Counted from the first letter of the stretch, positions 27,251-37,583 are shown. The stretch: DNA of 64,000 nucleotides from Candidatus Undinarchaeota archaeon (GCA_964636545.1 CAZWSR010000001.1:13254-77253); one strand, 5' to 3'. A program made the numbers and translations. Notes: generated from the sequence alone by a model not told the origin.

Positions 27251-28906
27251 TTACATCATTCCTGGCATGCCACCCATTCCTGGAGGCATTCCCGGAGGCA
27301 TTGCTGGTGCTCCGCCACCTGAACTTCCTTTGGAACTGATAACATCATCAATTCGCAAAATCATTTCAGCTGCTTCGGAAGCTGATTTAATTGCCTGTGT
27401 CTTGATTTTCAGAGGCTCAATAACGCCTTCTGCTTTCATATCTTTTGTAGTGTTTGCGAAAACATCAAGACCCATGTATTTACCATCTGCTTGTTCGTGA
27501 CTTGAGCGCAATTCAACAAGCTTGTCAATTGAATCAAGTCCAGCATTCTCTGCAAGAGTTCGTGGAATTACTTCAATTGCTTCTGCAAATGCATTCATTG
27601 CAAGCTGTTCTCGGCCAGAGACCTTTTCTGCAGCTTCCTTGAGTGCTTTTGCAAGCTCGATTTCAATTGCTCCGCCACCAGCAACTACTTTGCCGGTTTC
27701 AAGAGATGCAGCTACTCCGCCAATTGCGTCTTGAAGAGCACGCTCGACTTCGTCAACCACATGTTCAGTTCCGCCTCTTACAAGTACAGAAACTGCTTTT
27801 GGAGAAACACAATCAGTTATGAAGACCATTGAGTCTCCGCCGATTTTCTTCTCTTCAACAGTTCCAGCATTTCCAAGGTCGTCAGCTGAAAGGTCAGCAA
27901 TGTTAGAAACAAGTTTTCCACTAGTTGCACGTGCAAGTTTCTCCATATCGCTTTTCTTAACTCTGCGAGTTGCGAATATTCCTGCTTTTGACAAAAAGTG
28001 CTGTGCAAGATCATCAATACCTTTCTGGCAGAACAATACTGTTGCGCCTGAGGCCTTGATAGACTCTACCATTTTCTTCAACATTCCTTCTTCGTGGTCA
28101 AGGAATCCCTGAAGCTGAGTTGGGTCATTAATATTGTATTTTGCATCAGTTTCTGTCTTTTTGATTTCAAGAGCAGCATCAACAAGTGCGATTTTTGCAG
28201 CTGAAACCTTTTTTGGCATTCCAGAATGCACACGCTCTTTGTCAATAATCAATCCTTTGATAAGTTCAGAATCGTCAATTGAGCCGCCTTCTTTTTTCTC
28301 TAATTTAATATTGTCTTGGTCAATTGAAAATTTTCCTTCAGTGTCATCAGAAACCATAAGAACAGAGTCCACTGCAAGTTTTGCAAGTGATTCTCGTGCC
28401 CTTTCTGCTGATTTTCCAGTCATGGCAGTCATTGCGATTTTTTCAAGAGTTGATGTGTCATCTCTTGAAATTGTGTCTGCAGTTGATTCAAGGAATTTCT
28501 GAGCTTCAGTGTTTGCCATGCGGTATCCGCGAGCAACAACTGTTGGGTGAATATCCATATCCAAAAGATCCTCAGCTTTCTTTAAAAGTTCGCCAGCAAT
28601 TACAACAGCAGTTGTAGTACCGTCGCCAACTTCATCTTCCTGAGCTTTGGAAACTTCAACTAGCATTTTTGCAGCTGGGTGTTGAATATCCATCTCTTTT
28701 AGAATAGTAGCACCGTCATTTGTGATGACAATGTCGCCCATAGAATCGACAAGCATCTTGTCCATTCCTTTTGGGCCTAGTGTTGAGCGAACTGCTTCAC
28801 CGACAATTCTGCCAGCCATGATATTCATGCGCTGAGCATCTCGTCCGCGAGTCCTGTTCGCCTTGTCTGACATAATTACGATTGGTTGTCCTGTTAGTTG
28901 TGTCAT
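27251..28906 (-). CDS. ths: thermosome subunit (group II chaperonin)
   Basis: [25 protein letters not shown] blocks, C-terminal GGMPGMM tail. Confidence 0.95.
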   Translation of the reverse strand: MTQLTGQPIVIMSDKANRTRGRDAQRMNIMAGRIVGEAVRSTLGPKGMDKMLVDSMGDIVITNDGATILKEMDIQHPAAKMLVEVSKAQEDEVGDGTTTAVVIAGELLKKAEDLLDMDIHPTVVARGYRMANTEAQKFLESTADTISRDDTSTLEKIAMTAMTGKSAERARESLAKLAVDSVLMVSDDTEGKFSIDQDNIKLEKKEGGSIDDSELIKGLIIDKERVHSGMPKKVSAAKIALVDAALEIKKTETDAKYNINDPTQLQGFLDHEEGMLKKMVESIKASGATVLFCQKGIDDLAQHFLSKAGIFATRRVKKSDMEKLARATSGKLVSNIADLSADDLGNAGTVEEKKIGGDSMVFITDCVSPKAVSVLVRGGTEHVVDEVERALQDAIGGVAASLETGKVVAGGGAIEIELAKALKEAAEKVSGREQLAMNAFAEAIEVIPRTLAENAGLDSIDKLVELRSSHEQADGKYMGLDVFANTTKDMKAEGVIEPLKIKTQAIKSASEAAEMILRIDDVISSKGSSGGGAPAMPPGMPPGMGGMPGMM

Positions 28907-28935
28907 TTTAGTTTATCCTATTGGTGAAGGTGCTC

Positions 28936-28968
28936 CGTGTATCCGGGGCGCAGGGGCTCCGAAACTCA
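28936..28968. repeat. second copy of GC-rich GTGTATCCGGGGC element upstream of the thermosome gene
   Basis: GTGTATCCGGGGCGCAGGGGCTCCGAAACTCAG shares the GTGTATCCGGGGC head and an inverted GAGCCCCTGCGC segment with the 7917 copy. Confidence 0.5.
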
Positions 28969-29034
28969 GAAAACCATTTAAATCCCACCAATTAGTGTGT
29001 TGGCTCTATTAGAACTGGTATTTAAGTGTTATGG

Positions 29035-29943
29035 TTAAGAAAGAGTGACTTCATCCCTACCTTCAATAACTCTGCAAGCTTTTGTGAATAAGATTAAAAT
29101 AGGAAAATTGAACTCTTCCATAACAGACATAATTCTGCGAAACTCATCACTTTTTTTCAAAATTCTTTCCAAATCATCTATTTTTCTTTCTTCCAATCCC
29201 CCTACTTCTTTGAAATAATCTAATTTATCAAGCTCTACAACAAACCAAGCAAGATGTTCTAGACATTTCCTGCGGTTTTCTTTTCCCTTATTTTCTGGGA
29301 AAGTATGAGAATCGAGTTTTTTCTTTAATTTTAGGAAATCTTTACTGATCTCTTTTACTTCTTCTTCACCGAAATTGAAAACAGCATTAAAGCAAAGTTT
29401 TGATGCTTTGAAAAAATTATCAAGTTGAATTTGTGGAGAGTTTTTCGGCCTTTCTAAATATTTTTTAGCAAGAACGAATTTTATAACATCCTCACCAATG
29501 CTTGAAAGTGCCTTAAGTCGCTCCTTGTCATGCCCCCATTTTTGTGGAATAACTAGTCTTTCCCTTAATTCAGTATCAATGAAATGTTTCCTAAGCCATT
29601 CTGGAAGGCAGAACTGATTCTTTTTACTGCCTGAAGAGAATTCAACCACACAACCTAATTGAATAAGTTTTTCCATACACCGTCGCTTTTGCTTCTTGAT
29701 TGCCAGTGACCTAGGATCACCAGAAATAGGTATGTCTCGGTTAGAGATGACAGAAATATTATCAAACTTTTTAGAGATATATAAACTGAGTTGTTTTTCA
29801 ATTAATGACTCAAATGCATAGCGAATGGAATATGAAAAACCTTCAGCTTCACTTATAGTAATTTTCTTTATTAATCTTTTGATTTCTTTATTTGATGTCA
29901 TTACTTCTTCACAGTATCCTGTACTTTCTTCATTCCTATCCAA
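29035..29943 (-). CDS. hypothetical protein (AT-rich)
   Basis: 302-aa ORF with no secure motif. A weak ERLKALSSIGEDV stretch is not a convincing RNase III signature. Confidence 0.35.
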   Translation of the reverse strand: MDRNEESTGYCEEVMTSNKEIKRLIKKITISEAEGFSYSIRYAFESLIEKQLSLYISKKFDNISVISNRDIPISGDPRSLAIKKQKRRCMEKLIQLGCVVEFSSGSKKNQFCLPEWLRKHFIDTELRERLVIPQKWGHDKERLKALSSIGEDVIKFVLAKKYLERPKNSPQIQLDNFFKASKLCFNAVFNFGEEEVKEISKDFLKLKKKLDSHTFPENKGKENRRKCLEHLAWFVVELDKLDYFKEVGGLEERKIDDLERILKKSDEFRRIMSVMEEFNFPILILFTKACRVIEGRDEVTLS

Positions 29944-30458
29944 ACAACAATCACTAACTCAAGGCCGAGTAGGATAACCCTTGTCCACTTACCCAAATCC
30001 CCAAATACACGCATTGTTATCTGAATCATGGTTAGGATTCCAGCAAGCAAAGAACCGCCTGCCATTGCATCAAGGCGAGTTGGCAGGTAAAGACCGAGAA
30101 TTATTAATAATAAACCAATAGGTGCAGTGATGAAGAACAGGTTCTTGTTATATTTTTCAAATACACTTCGGAAATCCTTCTGGCAATAATCACATATCTC
30201 TTCTGACACGCAACCGTTCTCGTCATACTCATATCTTATTGCCCCGCCAGCTTCAATACATTCCTTCTGCATTACAGGATCATAAGTAAAATCACATAAA
30301 TCAGTGTTAGCAGTCATTGGTTTGACTGATTCAAATCTCCCGTATTTACAATAATCATCATGTTCAGGACTTTCGTAGATAGCTTCTATTAGAAATCCGA
30401 CAAATAGTGCGGCAAGCACACCAATGCCAATTGCAAGAAAGATTTTCTTTAGTTTCAT
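29901..30458 (-). CDS. membrane protein with Cys-rich extracytoplasmic loop
   Basis: N-terminal TM, 8 Cys in the central segment, two C-terminal TM helices. Confidence 0.4.
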   Translation of the reverse strand: MKLKKIFLAIGIGVLAALFVGFLIEAIYESPEHDDYCKYGRFESVKPMTANTDLCDFTYDPVMQKECIEAGGAIRYEYDENGCVSEEICDYCQKDFRSVFEKYNKNLFFITAPIGLLLIILGLYLPTRLDAMAGGSLLAGILTMIQITMRVFGDLGKWTRVILLGLELVIVVWIGMKKVQDTVKK

Positions 30459-30502
30459 AAATATTGTTAGGTTTTAGGAGTTTTTAAAATGTGCGAAAGA
30501 GG

Positions 30503-32866
30503 TTATTCTTCTCTAAACTCGCCTTTTTCAGAATCCCAAACTGGATCAGGAATAGATGTTTCTGCTAAGCAATATGGTTGAGCTTTTACAGATGTTGGTT
30601 TTTCAAACAAACCCTTTATTTTTTTCCTTCCAGCAAATAATGAAACACATACAATTATCAAAAGAACAAGAATTGCAGAAACAGTTCTTATTTGACCGCC
30701 AAAGAAACTAACAAAACCAGTTGGACCAGTTGAAATATCACTACTAGTATCTTCTTCAATTAATTCTGGTTCAGGTGTTTCATCAATTAATTCAGGAACT
30801 TCAGGTTCTGGTGCAGGCTCTGGTTCAGGTTTTGACTCGGGTTCTTTTACTTTTTTAAGTGGTGAGCGTGGAACAGAGCCACCTCCGCCATAATATCTTC
30901 GCTCTTCTTCAACAACAACATAATCCATTTCAACAACTGCTGAATGTGTTAATCCACTAACAGTGTAATAAGTAGAGTGATCAGTACAGGTGTAATCTCC
31001 ATCTTGGATACCGTCACACAGAACTTTTGTTTCAGCCTGGCCAGTACATGAAACATTGTCAACTTCGCTAATGTTTGCAACTTCTGCATCCTTTATGCAC
31101 ACATAATTCCAGCCGCCAATCTTGTCAAGGCGGATAGTTTTTTTCTGGCCTGAAGACATATTCAAATTTTTCACAATTACGAAACCACTGTTGCCATTGT
31201 CTTCCTGCTTCTCTATTTCAACACCACCAAGATATAAATTCTTTTCAGAGAAGTTGAAATCAAAAGAAAGAACACTGGTGTTGTTAGAAGTGAATTTGAC
31301 ATTATACACACCACTCACATTCTGACCATCGCCGATTTGGTCACCATTAGAATCTGTAATGTTCATAGACACATTCTCAAGATTTGAAGACACATTTCCA
31401 ACTACAGTGTGATTTCCAGGAGCTGAAAGAGTTCGGACAGTGCTAGTGGAACTGTAGCTGCTGTAGCCAGTTGAATTTGCAGATTTTATCACAATTGTAT
31501 GGTAGGAATCATCAAGAAGATTAGTTGCATTGTAACTTAGGCCGCTTGTATTCTGTTGGAAAACATCATTTATCCAGATTTCAAAATGGTCAGGATTTCC
31601 AGAAGTTGAGTTAGCCCAATTCCAAATGACCCAGCTTGAATTAGTTTCGCCAGATGTGAGATTCTCAACTGGTGGAAGTGGCTCTTCGCCAATAAAGTAT
31701 GTTGAGAATCCTGGAGCTGAGAATTTGAAATTATTAGAATCATCAATTATAGTGCAGCCATCTACTTCTCTGCATGGTGAATTGTCCTTGAAAACTGATT
31801 TTAAGTGGAAATTGTACTGGCCTGTGTCCTTGATAGTGACTTCAGCTTGGTAATTAAGCTCAGGTAAGGAAGTTGTATTTACAAAAATACTATTTGCAGA
31901 AAATGTGAGATTTGTGCCAAGACCCATGTTTGAAAGTACAGATATTTCGTTGGATGAGTCATTCCACATAACAGTTCCGTGCTCGTTTTCATATATTAGA
32001 GCATTTGCTCTGTTCCCGCCGTTTGTCTCATTTACGCTTCCCCTTGGGTTGCTTTGGAAAAGATTGTTTGTGAGAGTATTGTAAACACTATAATCATTGA
32101 AAACAATTGCTGGACCTGTGCTGTTGCTAATATTATTATTTGATATGCGACCCTGACTAGAAGAAAGTATAGCATAAATACCCCAGTGGTTGTTGTCTAA
32201 ATAATTATTTGATATTGTAGTATTGTTAGTGTGGCTGACTAGGTAGATGCCAGAAGGTGCGAGATAAGTATTTCCTTCGTATGAGGCCCTATGCCCAGTT
32301 ATAATATTATAAGTAACTATATTGTTTCTTGACTTGTAAACATTTACACCATCATTTCGATTGTCAAGTATGGTGTTGTTTGTTACAATATTGTTATTAG
32401 AGAGATAATCCAGAGAAATACCGTGTTGAGTGTTCTGCTTGACCACATTCTTTTCAATTAAATTGCTGTCAGAAGTTTTAATAAAAATTCCACGATCAAC
32501 ATTATTCTGAACAGTGTTGTTTAAAATTGTATTTCCATAATTGCTTTTTGCAGTTATCCCATACCCGTATTTCTGCACAACACAATTCTGCACAATTACA
32601 TTGTTCACATTAGGCTGGATATAGATTCCATATGATCCAGAGGAATTGCTACCGATTATTGTGCTTCGATTGCAATCAAGAGTTATTCCGCTTGTTACAA
32701 TGTTTATAGCAACATAGCCTGAGCTAACATTCATCTCGTAAGTATCAAGACAAAGAGTAGTTGACTGATTAATACTGGTCTGATTCAGTCCAGACAGGTC
32801 TGTACATGCGTTAACAGGAACTGCCAGTGTTAAGAAGATTATCGCTACTAATAGTAATTTTTTCAT
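30503..32866 (-). CDS. cell-surface protein with right-handed parallel beta-helix repeats and C-terminal TM anchor
   Basis: Signal peptide MKKLLLVAIIFLTLAVPVNA, repeated NNxIxxN PbH1-like units, Asn/Ser/Thr-rich (glycosylation sequons), PEPEP linker, TM helix and a basic tail. Confidence 0.65.
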   Translation of the reverse strand: MKKLLLVAIIFLTLAVPVNACTDLSGLNQTSINQSTTLCLDTYEMNVSSGYVAINIVTSGITLDCNRSTIIGSNSSGSYGIYIQPNVNNVIVQNCVVQKYGYGITAKSNYGNTILNNTVQNNVDRGIFIKTSDSNLIEKNVVKQNTQHGISLDYLSNNNIVTNNTILDNRNDGVNVYKSRNNIVTYNIITGHRASYEGNTYLAPSGIYLVSHTNNTTISNNYLDNNHWGIYAILSSSQGRISNNNISNSTGPAIVFNDYSVYNTLTNNLFQSNPRGSVNETNGGNRANALIYENEHGTVMWNDSSNEISVLSNMGLGTNLTFSANSIFVNTTSLPELNYQAEVTIKDTGQYNFHLKSVFKDNSPCREVDGCTIIDDSNNFKFSAPGFSTYFIGEEPLPPVENLTSGETNSSWVIWNWANSTSGNPDHFEIWINDVFQQNTSGLSYNATNLLDDSYHTIVIKSANSTGYSSYSSTSTVRTLSAPGNHTVVGNVSSNLENVSMNITDSNGDQIGDGQNVSGVYNVKFTSNNTSVLSFDFNFSEKNLYLGGVEIEKQEDNGNSGFVIVKNLNMSSGQKKTIRLDKIGGWNYVCIKDAEVANISEVDNVSCTGQAETKVLCDGIQDGDYTCTDHSTYYTVSGLTHSAVVEMDYVVVEEERRYYGGGGSVPRSPLKKVKEPESKPEPEPAPEPEVPELIDETPEPELIEEDTSSDISTGPTGFVSFFGGQIRTVSAILVLLIIVCVSLFAGRKKIKGLFEKPTSVKAQPYCLAETSIPDPVWDSEKGEFREE

Positions 32867-32919
32867 TTCCCCACCAAGGAGATATGGCGTATAATATGGT
32901 ATTTAAACCTTAGCTTTCT

Positions 32920-34050
32920 TTAAACAAAACCAAATAGCATTGCTAATCCAAGGAGAAGAATCACGATTCCAGCAACTAAGTGCAACCATTTGATGTTTTT
33001 GTCTTTCCAGCCAGTAACATCATCAACTTTCTTCATTCCGAAGTAAACAAGAAGTGTTACAACTACCATTGGAAGAACGAATATTATATTGTATAAGATA
33101 AGCCATGGAAGAGATTTTACCCAAGCAAGTCCGGACAGAATGTTTCCAACAACTAAGTAAGGACCAATTGTGCATGGAAGAAGGAAGAGAGTGACGAAAA
33201 TACCTATGATGAATGCGCCACCAGGACTTGTAATACTAGAGATTACTTTTTTCATCATTGGTCGGAATCTAACAGGCATTTCAATTGCAAAAGAACCAGA
33301 TTTGTGCTTGAAAAAGTCTTTGAGGTTTAGAATTCCAATTAGAATAGCTAATGCAGCAAATAAGGTTCTGACATATGAGCCAATAAATGCAAATGAAGTT
33401 TGTATGAATTTAAAGAATTGGATTATTATTCCACCATAAATCATGTATGTAATGAAAACAGCTGAAATGAAAGCAAAACCGCCAAGCAGAACCCTTTTCT
33501 TTTTTGTAGGATCATGAGCAAGAAGAGCAATTAGTGCAAGTGCTAAAACTGCTAAAGCACATGGGTTAAGTGAATCTGCAAATGCCAGAATCATTACAGA
33601 AGCGAATGTTACTTTTTCTTTTTGGATATCCTTAGCTTTGCACAGTTTAACTGTTTCAAGAGGTGAATCGCAGCATTCTTCATTAATACACGAGTCGATT
33701 TTTTGAAGAATTGCAGGAGCAGTTGAGGATTCGCTGAAACCAATGAACACTTGATCATCCACAAATATCATTGGAACGCCTTTGAAACTTTCACCATATT
33801 CTTTAGCCATTTGAATGGCTAGTTCGCGGTTTTCCTCATTTGAATATACTTCATAACCAACAGGATTTATTGAATAATCATCTTTGATTTCATCAAGCCA
33901 TTCTTCAAAATTCTGGCAGTGAGGGCAGGAAGAACCATAGAAGTAGACGATGTCGATTGGATCTTGCTGTGCAAATGCTGATGGAGCAATTATGCTGAAT
34001 AATGCTAGGAATAAGAGTAATATTGAAACCTTTTTGAATGCCATTATCAA
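32920..34050 (-). CDS. thioredoxin-fold domain fused to DsbD/CcdA-type thiol-disulfide transporter membrane domain
   Basis: Signal peptide, CPHC thioredoxin motif, polytopic membrane domain with conserved Cys (SLNPCA, LLPCT). Confidence 0.65.
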   Translation of the reverse strand: MIMAFKKVSILLLFLALFSIIAPSAFAQQDPIDIVYFYGSSCPHCQNFEEWLDEIKDDYSINPVGYEVYSNEENRELAIQMAKEYGESFKGVPMIFVDDQVFIGFSESSTAPAILQKIDSCINEECCDSPLETVKLCKAKDIQKEKVTFASVMILAFADSLNPCALAVLALALIALLAHDPTKKKRVLLGGFAFISAVFITYMIYGGIIIQFFKFIQTSFAFIGSYVRTLFAALAILIGILNLKDFFKHKSGSFAIEMPVRFRPMMKKVISSITSPGGAFIIGIFVTLFLLPCTIGPYLVVGNILSGLAWVKSLPWLILYNIIFVLPMVVVTLLVYFGMKKVDDVTGWKDKNIKWLHLVAGIVILLLGLAMLFGFV

Positions 34051-34218
34051 TTGGAAGTGTTTGTTGTCTTTTAAAGGTTATGATAGGATGAATTCCGGCG
34101 AGCGCGCACTTATCCAACTAAGGATTAATGTGCGCAAGCCACACTGCTTCAGCTACAAAGCTGATAACCTGCTGAATGCAGTCAAGCGCGCCGCCTGAGC
34201 TTGCAGGCGTTTTAAAGG

Positions 34219-34554
34219 TTATGGAGTTGCAAAATAGCGCTGACTTATTCGCTCTTGCGGTTTTCGATACTCTCGTTCTCGACATTTTCCACCTTCAATG
34301 CGAATTCCACGGCCTGAAACAAGTGCATCTGTTATTTTTGAATGCGCTGTGCTGAGTATTCTATGGAAAGTTGATTGAGAAATACTCATTTTCTTGCATG
34401 CTTCACGTTGATCAAGTTTTTCAAAATGCTTGAGACGCATTGATTCAAACTCGTCAATAGTAATAGAAATTGGTTCATTCCAGTATGAGCCATGGGGACG
34501 AAAGTCTGTGTATTTGGGAGTTCGGGAAATCACACGCTTGCGTCTTGGCTTCAT
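34219..34554 (-). CDS. DUF134/UPF0251 family DNA-binding protein
   Basis: ITIDEFESMRLKHFEKLDQREACKKMSISQSTFHRILSTAHSKITDALVSGRGIRIEGG matches the DUF134 consensus. Confidence 0.65.
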   Translation of the reverse strand: MKPRRKRVISRTPKYTDFRPHGSYWNEPISITIDEFESMRLKHFEKLDQREACKKMSISQSTFHRILSTAHSKITDALVSGRGIRIEGGKCREREYRKPQERISQRYFATP

Positions 34555-34663
34555 GTATGTTTTGAATATATATTCATAGGATATTTAAAAGTATGTATTT
34601 GGAGGTTAATTAGTTGCCATATAGAAGAAAAAGGATAAAAAGGAAGAAACACTATTAAAAAAC

Positions 34664-34840
34664 ATGGGTAAAGTAAGATTTAAAAGAATAACAGACAGCG
34701 TTTACATAAAGTGTCCAGCATGTGAGAAGAATGTATTCGTATATAAGGAAAAAGGAAGAAATTATATTATAAAATGTGTGAACTGCAAACAAAAAGGACA
34801 GGTGGATAAAACTGTTGCGGATCCAGTAGGATTGGATTGA
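34664..34840 (+). CDS. small zinc-ribbon protein (58 aa)
   Basis: Not in the ORF track. CPACEKN ... CVNCKQ two CxxC pairs. Confidence 0.3.
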   Translation: MGKVRFKRITDSVYIKCPACEKNVFVYKEKGRNYIIKCVNCKQKGQVDKTVADPVGLD

Positions 34841-34845
34841 ATAAT

Positions 34846-35148
34846 TTACTCACCGCGCATGAATTTCTTCACAATGTGCGGGAATAATTTTGCCTCAGCT
34901 TTTCGTAGATTCTCCTGAAATGCTCTTCGAGTTGTGTCAGAACGCTGAGCAAGTTCCTCAAGAGTTATTTTGCGAGGCCAAGAATAATATTTGTGTTTTA
35001 AAGCTGTATGCAGTGCTTCAAACTGCTTTTGGGTGATTTTTACATCTTTTGAAATAGCATCATAAGTAAAATTTTCAACAATAGCATTGCTAATTCCTTC
35101 ATCTTTTCCAGTAGTATTAATTTCTAATTCTGCCATTTCAGTACCCAC
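34846..35148 (-). CDS. HTH_10 (bacterio-opsin-activator-type) DNA-binding protein
   Basis: C-terminal LTQKQFEALHTALKHKYYSWPRKITLEELAQRSDTTRRAFQENLRKAEAKL matches the HTH_10 consensus. Confidence 0.55.
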   Translation of the reverse strand: MGTEMAELEINTTGKDEGISNAIVENFTYDAISKDVKITQKQFEALHTALKHKYYSWPRKITLEELAQRSDTTRRAFQENLRKAEAKLFPHIVKKFMRGE

Positions 35149-35202
35149 TATCGCTTTAAAACTCTATAATATACTATATAAATGTTACTGACATACGTCA
35201 GT

Positions 35203-35273
35203 GTGGAGTTTAGAGTTTGGAATTTGGATTTTAGAGTATACTCTAAATTCTAAACTCAAAATTCTAAATTCTA
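35203..35273. repeat. long imperfect inverted repeat built from AGAGTTT/GGAATTT hexamer units (likely operon terminator hairpin)
   Basis: GGAGTTTAGAGTTTGGAATTTGGATTTTAGAGTA / TACTCTAAATTCTAAACTCAAAATTCTAAATTCTAC centred on AGAGTATACTCT. Immediately downstream of rpoN. Confidence 0.6.
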
Positions 35274-35274
35274 C

Positions 35275-35469
35275 TTATGCTTCAAATTGTGCAATATCAT
35301 CAACAAGATCAACTTGTGACAATAACATCCTTCTGCAACAATATCTTTCAACGCCGAGTTCATTAAGCACTGTGCTTGGCTCTTCGCCGTCAGCAATGCG
35401 CCTCTTATAGTCCTCATACTCAGCGCCTAGGACTTTTCCACAACTGAAACATCGTACTGGAATAATCAT
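35275..35469 (-). CDS. rpoN: DNA-directed RNA polymerase subunit N (Rpo10)
   Basis: [13 protein letters not shown]...RYCCRRM zinc-binding motif, 64 aa. Confidence 0.9.
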   Translation of the reverse strand: MIIPVRCFSCGKVLGAEYEDYKRRIADGEEPSTVLNELGVERYCCRRMLLSQVDLVDDIAQFEA

Positions 35470-35475
35470 TGAATA

Positions 35476-35880
35476 TCACCTGTAACTCTTCTGCCGCTTA
35501 GACCTTGCAGAAGAATCATTTGGTTTGCATGGCTCTTTCTGCCTTGAATCTCCTGAGAAGATTTTGTTATCGTAAGTTATAAGCTCTTTCTTGAGAGTTT
35601 TGTCGCCTGTAAACTCAATAACTCCTCGTGCTAATGCAACTCTGCTAGCAACTGCCTGACCAGAAGGACCGCCGCCATTGGTTTTAATACCAATATCTAG
35701 CTTGTCCATCTTGCTTCCGATTATTTGCATTGGCTCAAGTAGTAAGTTTCGCTCATAATAAGTTCCCCATTTTTCAACAGGAATTGAATTGATTGTGACT
35801 TTTCCAGCACCATTCTGTACTGTTGCGCGAGCTACTGCGCTTTTCTTTTTTCCAGTGGTTGTTATTGATTTCTTACTCAT
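35476..35880 (-). CDS. rps9: 30S ribosomal protein S9 (uS9)
   Basis: Conserved uS9 blocks and C-terminal RSKRQKSYR. Confidence 0.9.
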   Translation of the reverse strand: MSKKSITTTGKKKSAVARATVQNGAGKVTINSIPVEKWGTYYERNLLLEPMQIIGSKMDKLDIGIKTNGGGPSGQAVASRVALARGVIEFTGDKTLKKELITYDNKIFSGDSRQKEPCKPNDSSARSKRQKSYR

Positions 35881-36458
35881 TCTTTCTTTTCCTCTTTTGG
35901 CTTTGGTTCTTCTTTAGATTCTGATTTTTCTTCTTTCTTCTCTTCTTTTGGTTTCTCTTCTTTCTTTTCTGGTTCTTTTTCCTTTTTCTCAGGTTTTGAT
36001 TCAGCTTTAGGAGTAGATTTGACTGCTTTTGATTCTTCCATAATCTTTGAACCTAATTCTTGTGACAAATCATTCAAAGTCATGTACAAACGATTTTCAA
36101 TTTCACCAATGTGTGCAATTTCAACTGACACAGCTTTCTGTTTTGCAAGTTCTTCAGGAACTCCAAGATATGCTCGAACTCTGTCAAGTGCGTCCCTGCC
36201 TCGCTGTTTCTTGTATGGAAGCATTCCCCTTATTGCACGCTTCAAAATTCGGTCAGCGCGTTTTGGGTAAAATGGACCTTGATATCGTGAACCAACAGTT
36301 CTCTTGAATTTGTATCTCTCAAGAATGTTGCTTTTTGTGCCTGTAACAACTGCTTTGTCAGCATTTACAATTCGGATTGTCTCGCCTTTAAGTGCTTCTT
36401 TTGCAGTGTATGATGCTAATCTTCCAACTTTGAGATCTGTTGCATCAATTATTTTCAT
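35877..36458 (-). CDS. rpl13: 50S ribosomal protein L13 (uL13) with K/E-rich C-terminal extension
   Basis: uL13 core (IDATDLKVGRLAS...GMLP). Unusual about 40-aa EKKEKEPEKKEEKPKEEKKEE tail. Confidence 0.85.
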   Translation of the reverse strand: MKIIDATDLKVGRLASYTAKEALKGETIRIVNADKAVVTGTKSNILERYKFKRTVGSRYQGPFYPKRADRILKRAIRGMLPYKKQRGRDALDRVRAYLGVPEELAKQKAVSVEIAHIGEIENRLYMTLNDLSQELGSKIMEESKAVKSTPKAESKPEKKEKEPEKKEEKPKEEKKEEKSESKEEPKPKEEKKE

Positions 36459-36808
36459 TTGAATATTCGCACTCCTTTTGCACTTTTTTCAAGCAAATCT
36501 TCGATTTTATTGTAAGATCCGCCAGCTTTAGAAACTCTCTCTGAAACTGCTTTTGAAGCAGAGAATGAGTATAAATTAATAGAATGATCAAGACTTCCTG
36601 TTCCAAGGACTTTGCCAGGGACAAGTATAGTCTCACCCTTTGCAGTCAATCGGTTTAGCTTGGATAAATTAACTTCTGCCCAGTTCTTACCAGGGCTCTC
36701 TAGACGCTTAGCTACATCTTTCCATAATGCTTCTTTTGATTCCTCAGACTTCTTGTACAACGATTTTATCAAACCAGAAACCCTCGGATTAGTCTTTTTT
36801 CGCTTCAT
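36455..36808 (-). CDS. rpl18e: 50S ribosomal protein L18e (eL18)
   Basis: TNPRVSGLIKSL and VNLSKL...AGG blocks. Start taken at the second Met (MKRKKTNPR). Confidence 0.75.
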   Translation of the reverse strand: MKRKKTNPRVSGLIKSLYKKSEESKEALWKDVAKRLESPGKNWAEVNLSKLNRLTAKGETILVPGKVLGTGSLDHSINLYSFSASKAVSERVSKAGGSYNKIEDLLEKSAKGVRIFK

Positions 36809-36859
36809 ATAAGTGCAGTTTCTATAACGCAAGGGGTTTTTAAAGCTTTTGATGTCTCT

Positions 36860-37525
36860 CTACTTCTTGCCTTTCTTCCCAACTGGTGAAAATTCATAAA
36901 TCACCAAAGCAATAGCAGCTAGAACAGCTACAATACTAATACCCCACCAAGCATTTTTGCTCAAAAACACATCTAAAATACCTTTTGATTCAGAATCAAT
37001 GTTTTCAATAATATCAGGACTGATGGTTTTTGCTGGTTTTGAAGGCATTGCTTCAGTTCTTATTTCAAAATATTCACTCTTGAATAACATTCCATCGCCA
37101 GTAATTAACGCTTGAGTTGAATAAACTTTTCCAGCAAGTTCTTCTGGAATGTCAAAGCTCACAGTATAAACATATTCGCGTTTAGGATAAAGTGAATTAT
37201 GAACAGCAGGAGAAACAGTGTACAACGACTCATCAATATCAGGAAGTGTTAAAACTGCATGATTAACTCCGCATCGAACATCAGAAACTTTGACCTCAAC
37301 ATCAGTAATGGTTGATGGATAAATAGTACTTGTTTCAGGAATTGAAAATTGCATTGACGCCATGCAGTCAGGAAGCCCAACAATATCTCCAGTAACACGA
37401 CTTACAAGTTCATTAAAAGAGATTAAACCAGTAGGAGCTACTCCGTTGCTCATAAAGGAAACACTACCTATCAGCATTACAACAAGTAGTATAGTCACAC
37501 CAATCCAGCGAATTTTATCGGTCAT
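36860..37525 (-). CDS. secreted/membrane protein with N- and C-terminal TM segments
   Basis: Signal-anchor IRWIGVTILLVVMLIGSV and C-terminal WWGISIVAVLAAIALVIY helix with KKGKK tail. Confidence 0.4.
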   Translation of the reverse strand: MTDKIRWIGVTILLVVMLIGSVSFMSNGVAPTGLISFNELVSRVTGDIVGLPDCMASMQFSIPETSTIYPSTITDVEVKVSDVRCGVNHAVLTLPDIDESLYTVSPAVHNSLYPKREYVYTVSFDIPEELAGKVYSTQALITGDGMLFKSEYFEIRTEAMPSKPAKTISPDIIENIDSESKGILDVFLSKNAWWGISIVAVLAAIALVIYEFSPVGKKGKK

Positions 37526-37583
37526 TGTACTAAATCAATGAATTTTGGCTAATTTATAGTTTTCTGATTGGTTAAATTGAGAT

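Noticed and set aside
27267-28617. Several plus-strand ORFs inside the thermosome gene, and similar antisense ORFs inside the ATPase, RFC, beta-helix and helicase genes.
   Set aside because: They are antisense to strongly conserved coding sequence, have low-complexity translations, and no independent signals.
29035-29943. ERLKALSSIGEDV stretch considered as an RNase III signature.
   Set aside because: It does not fit ERLEFLGDA spacing (two-residue insertion, catalytic Asp/Glu positions not conserved). Left as hypothetical.
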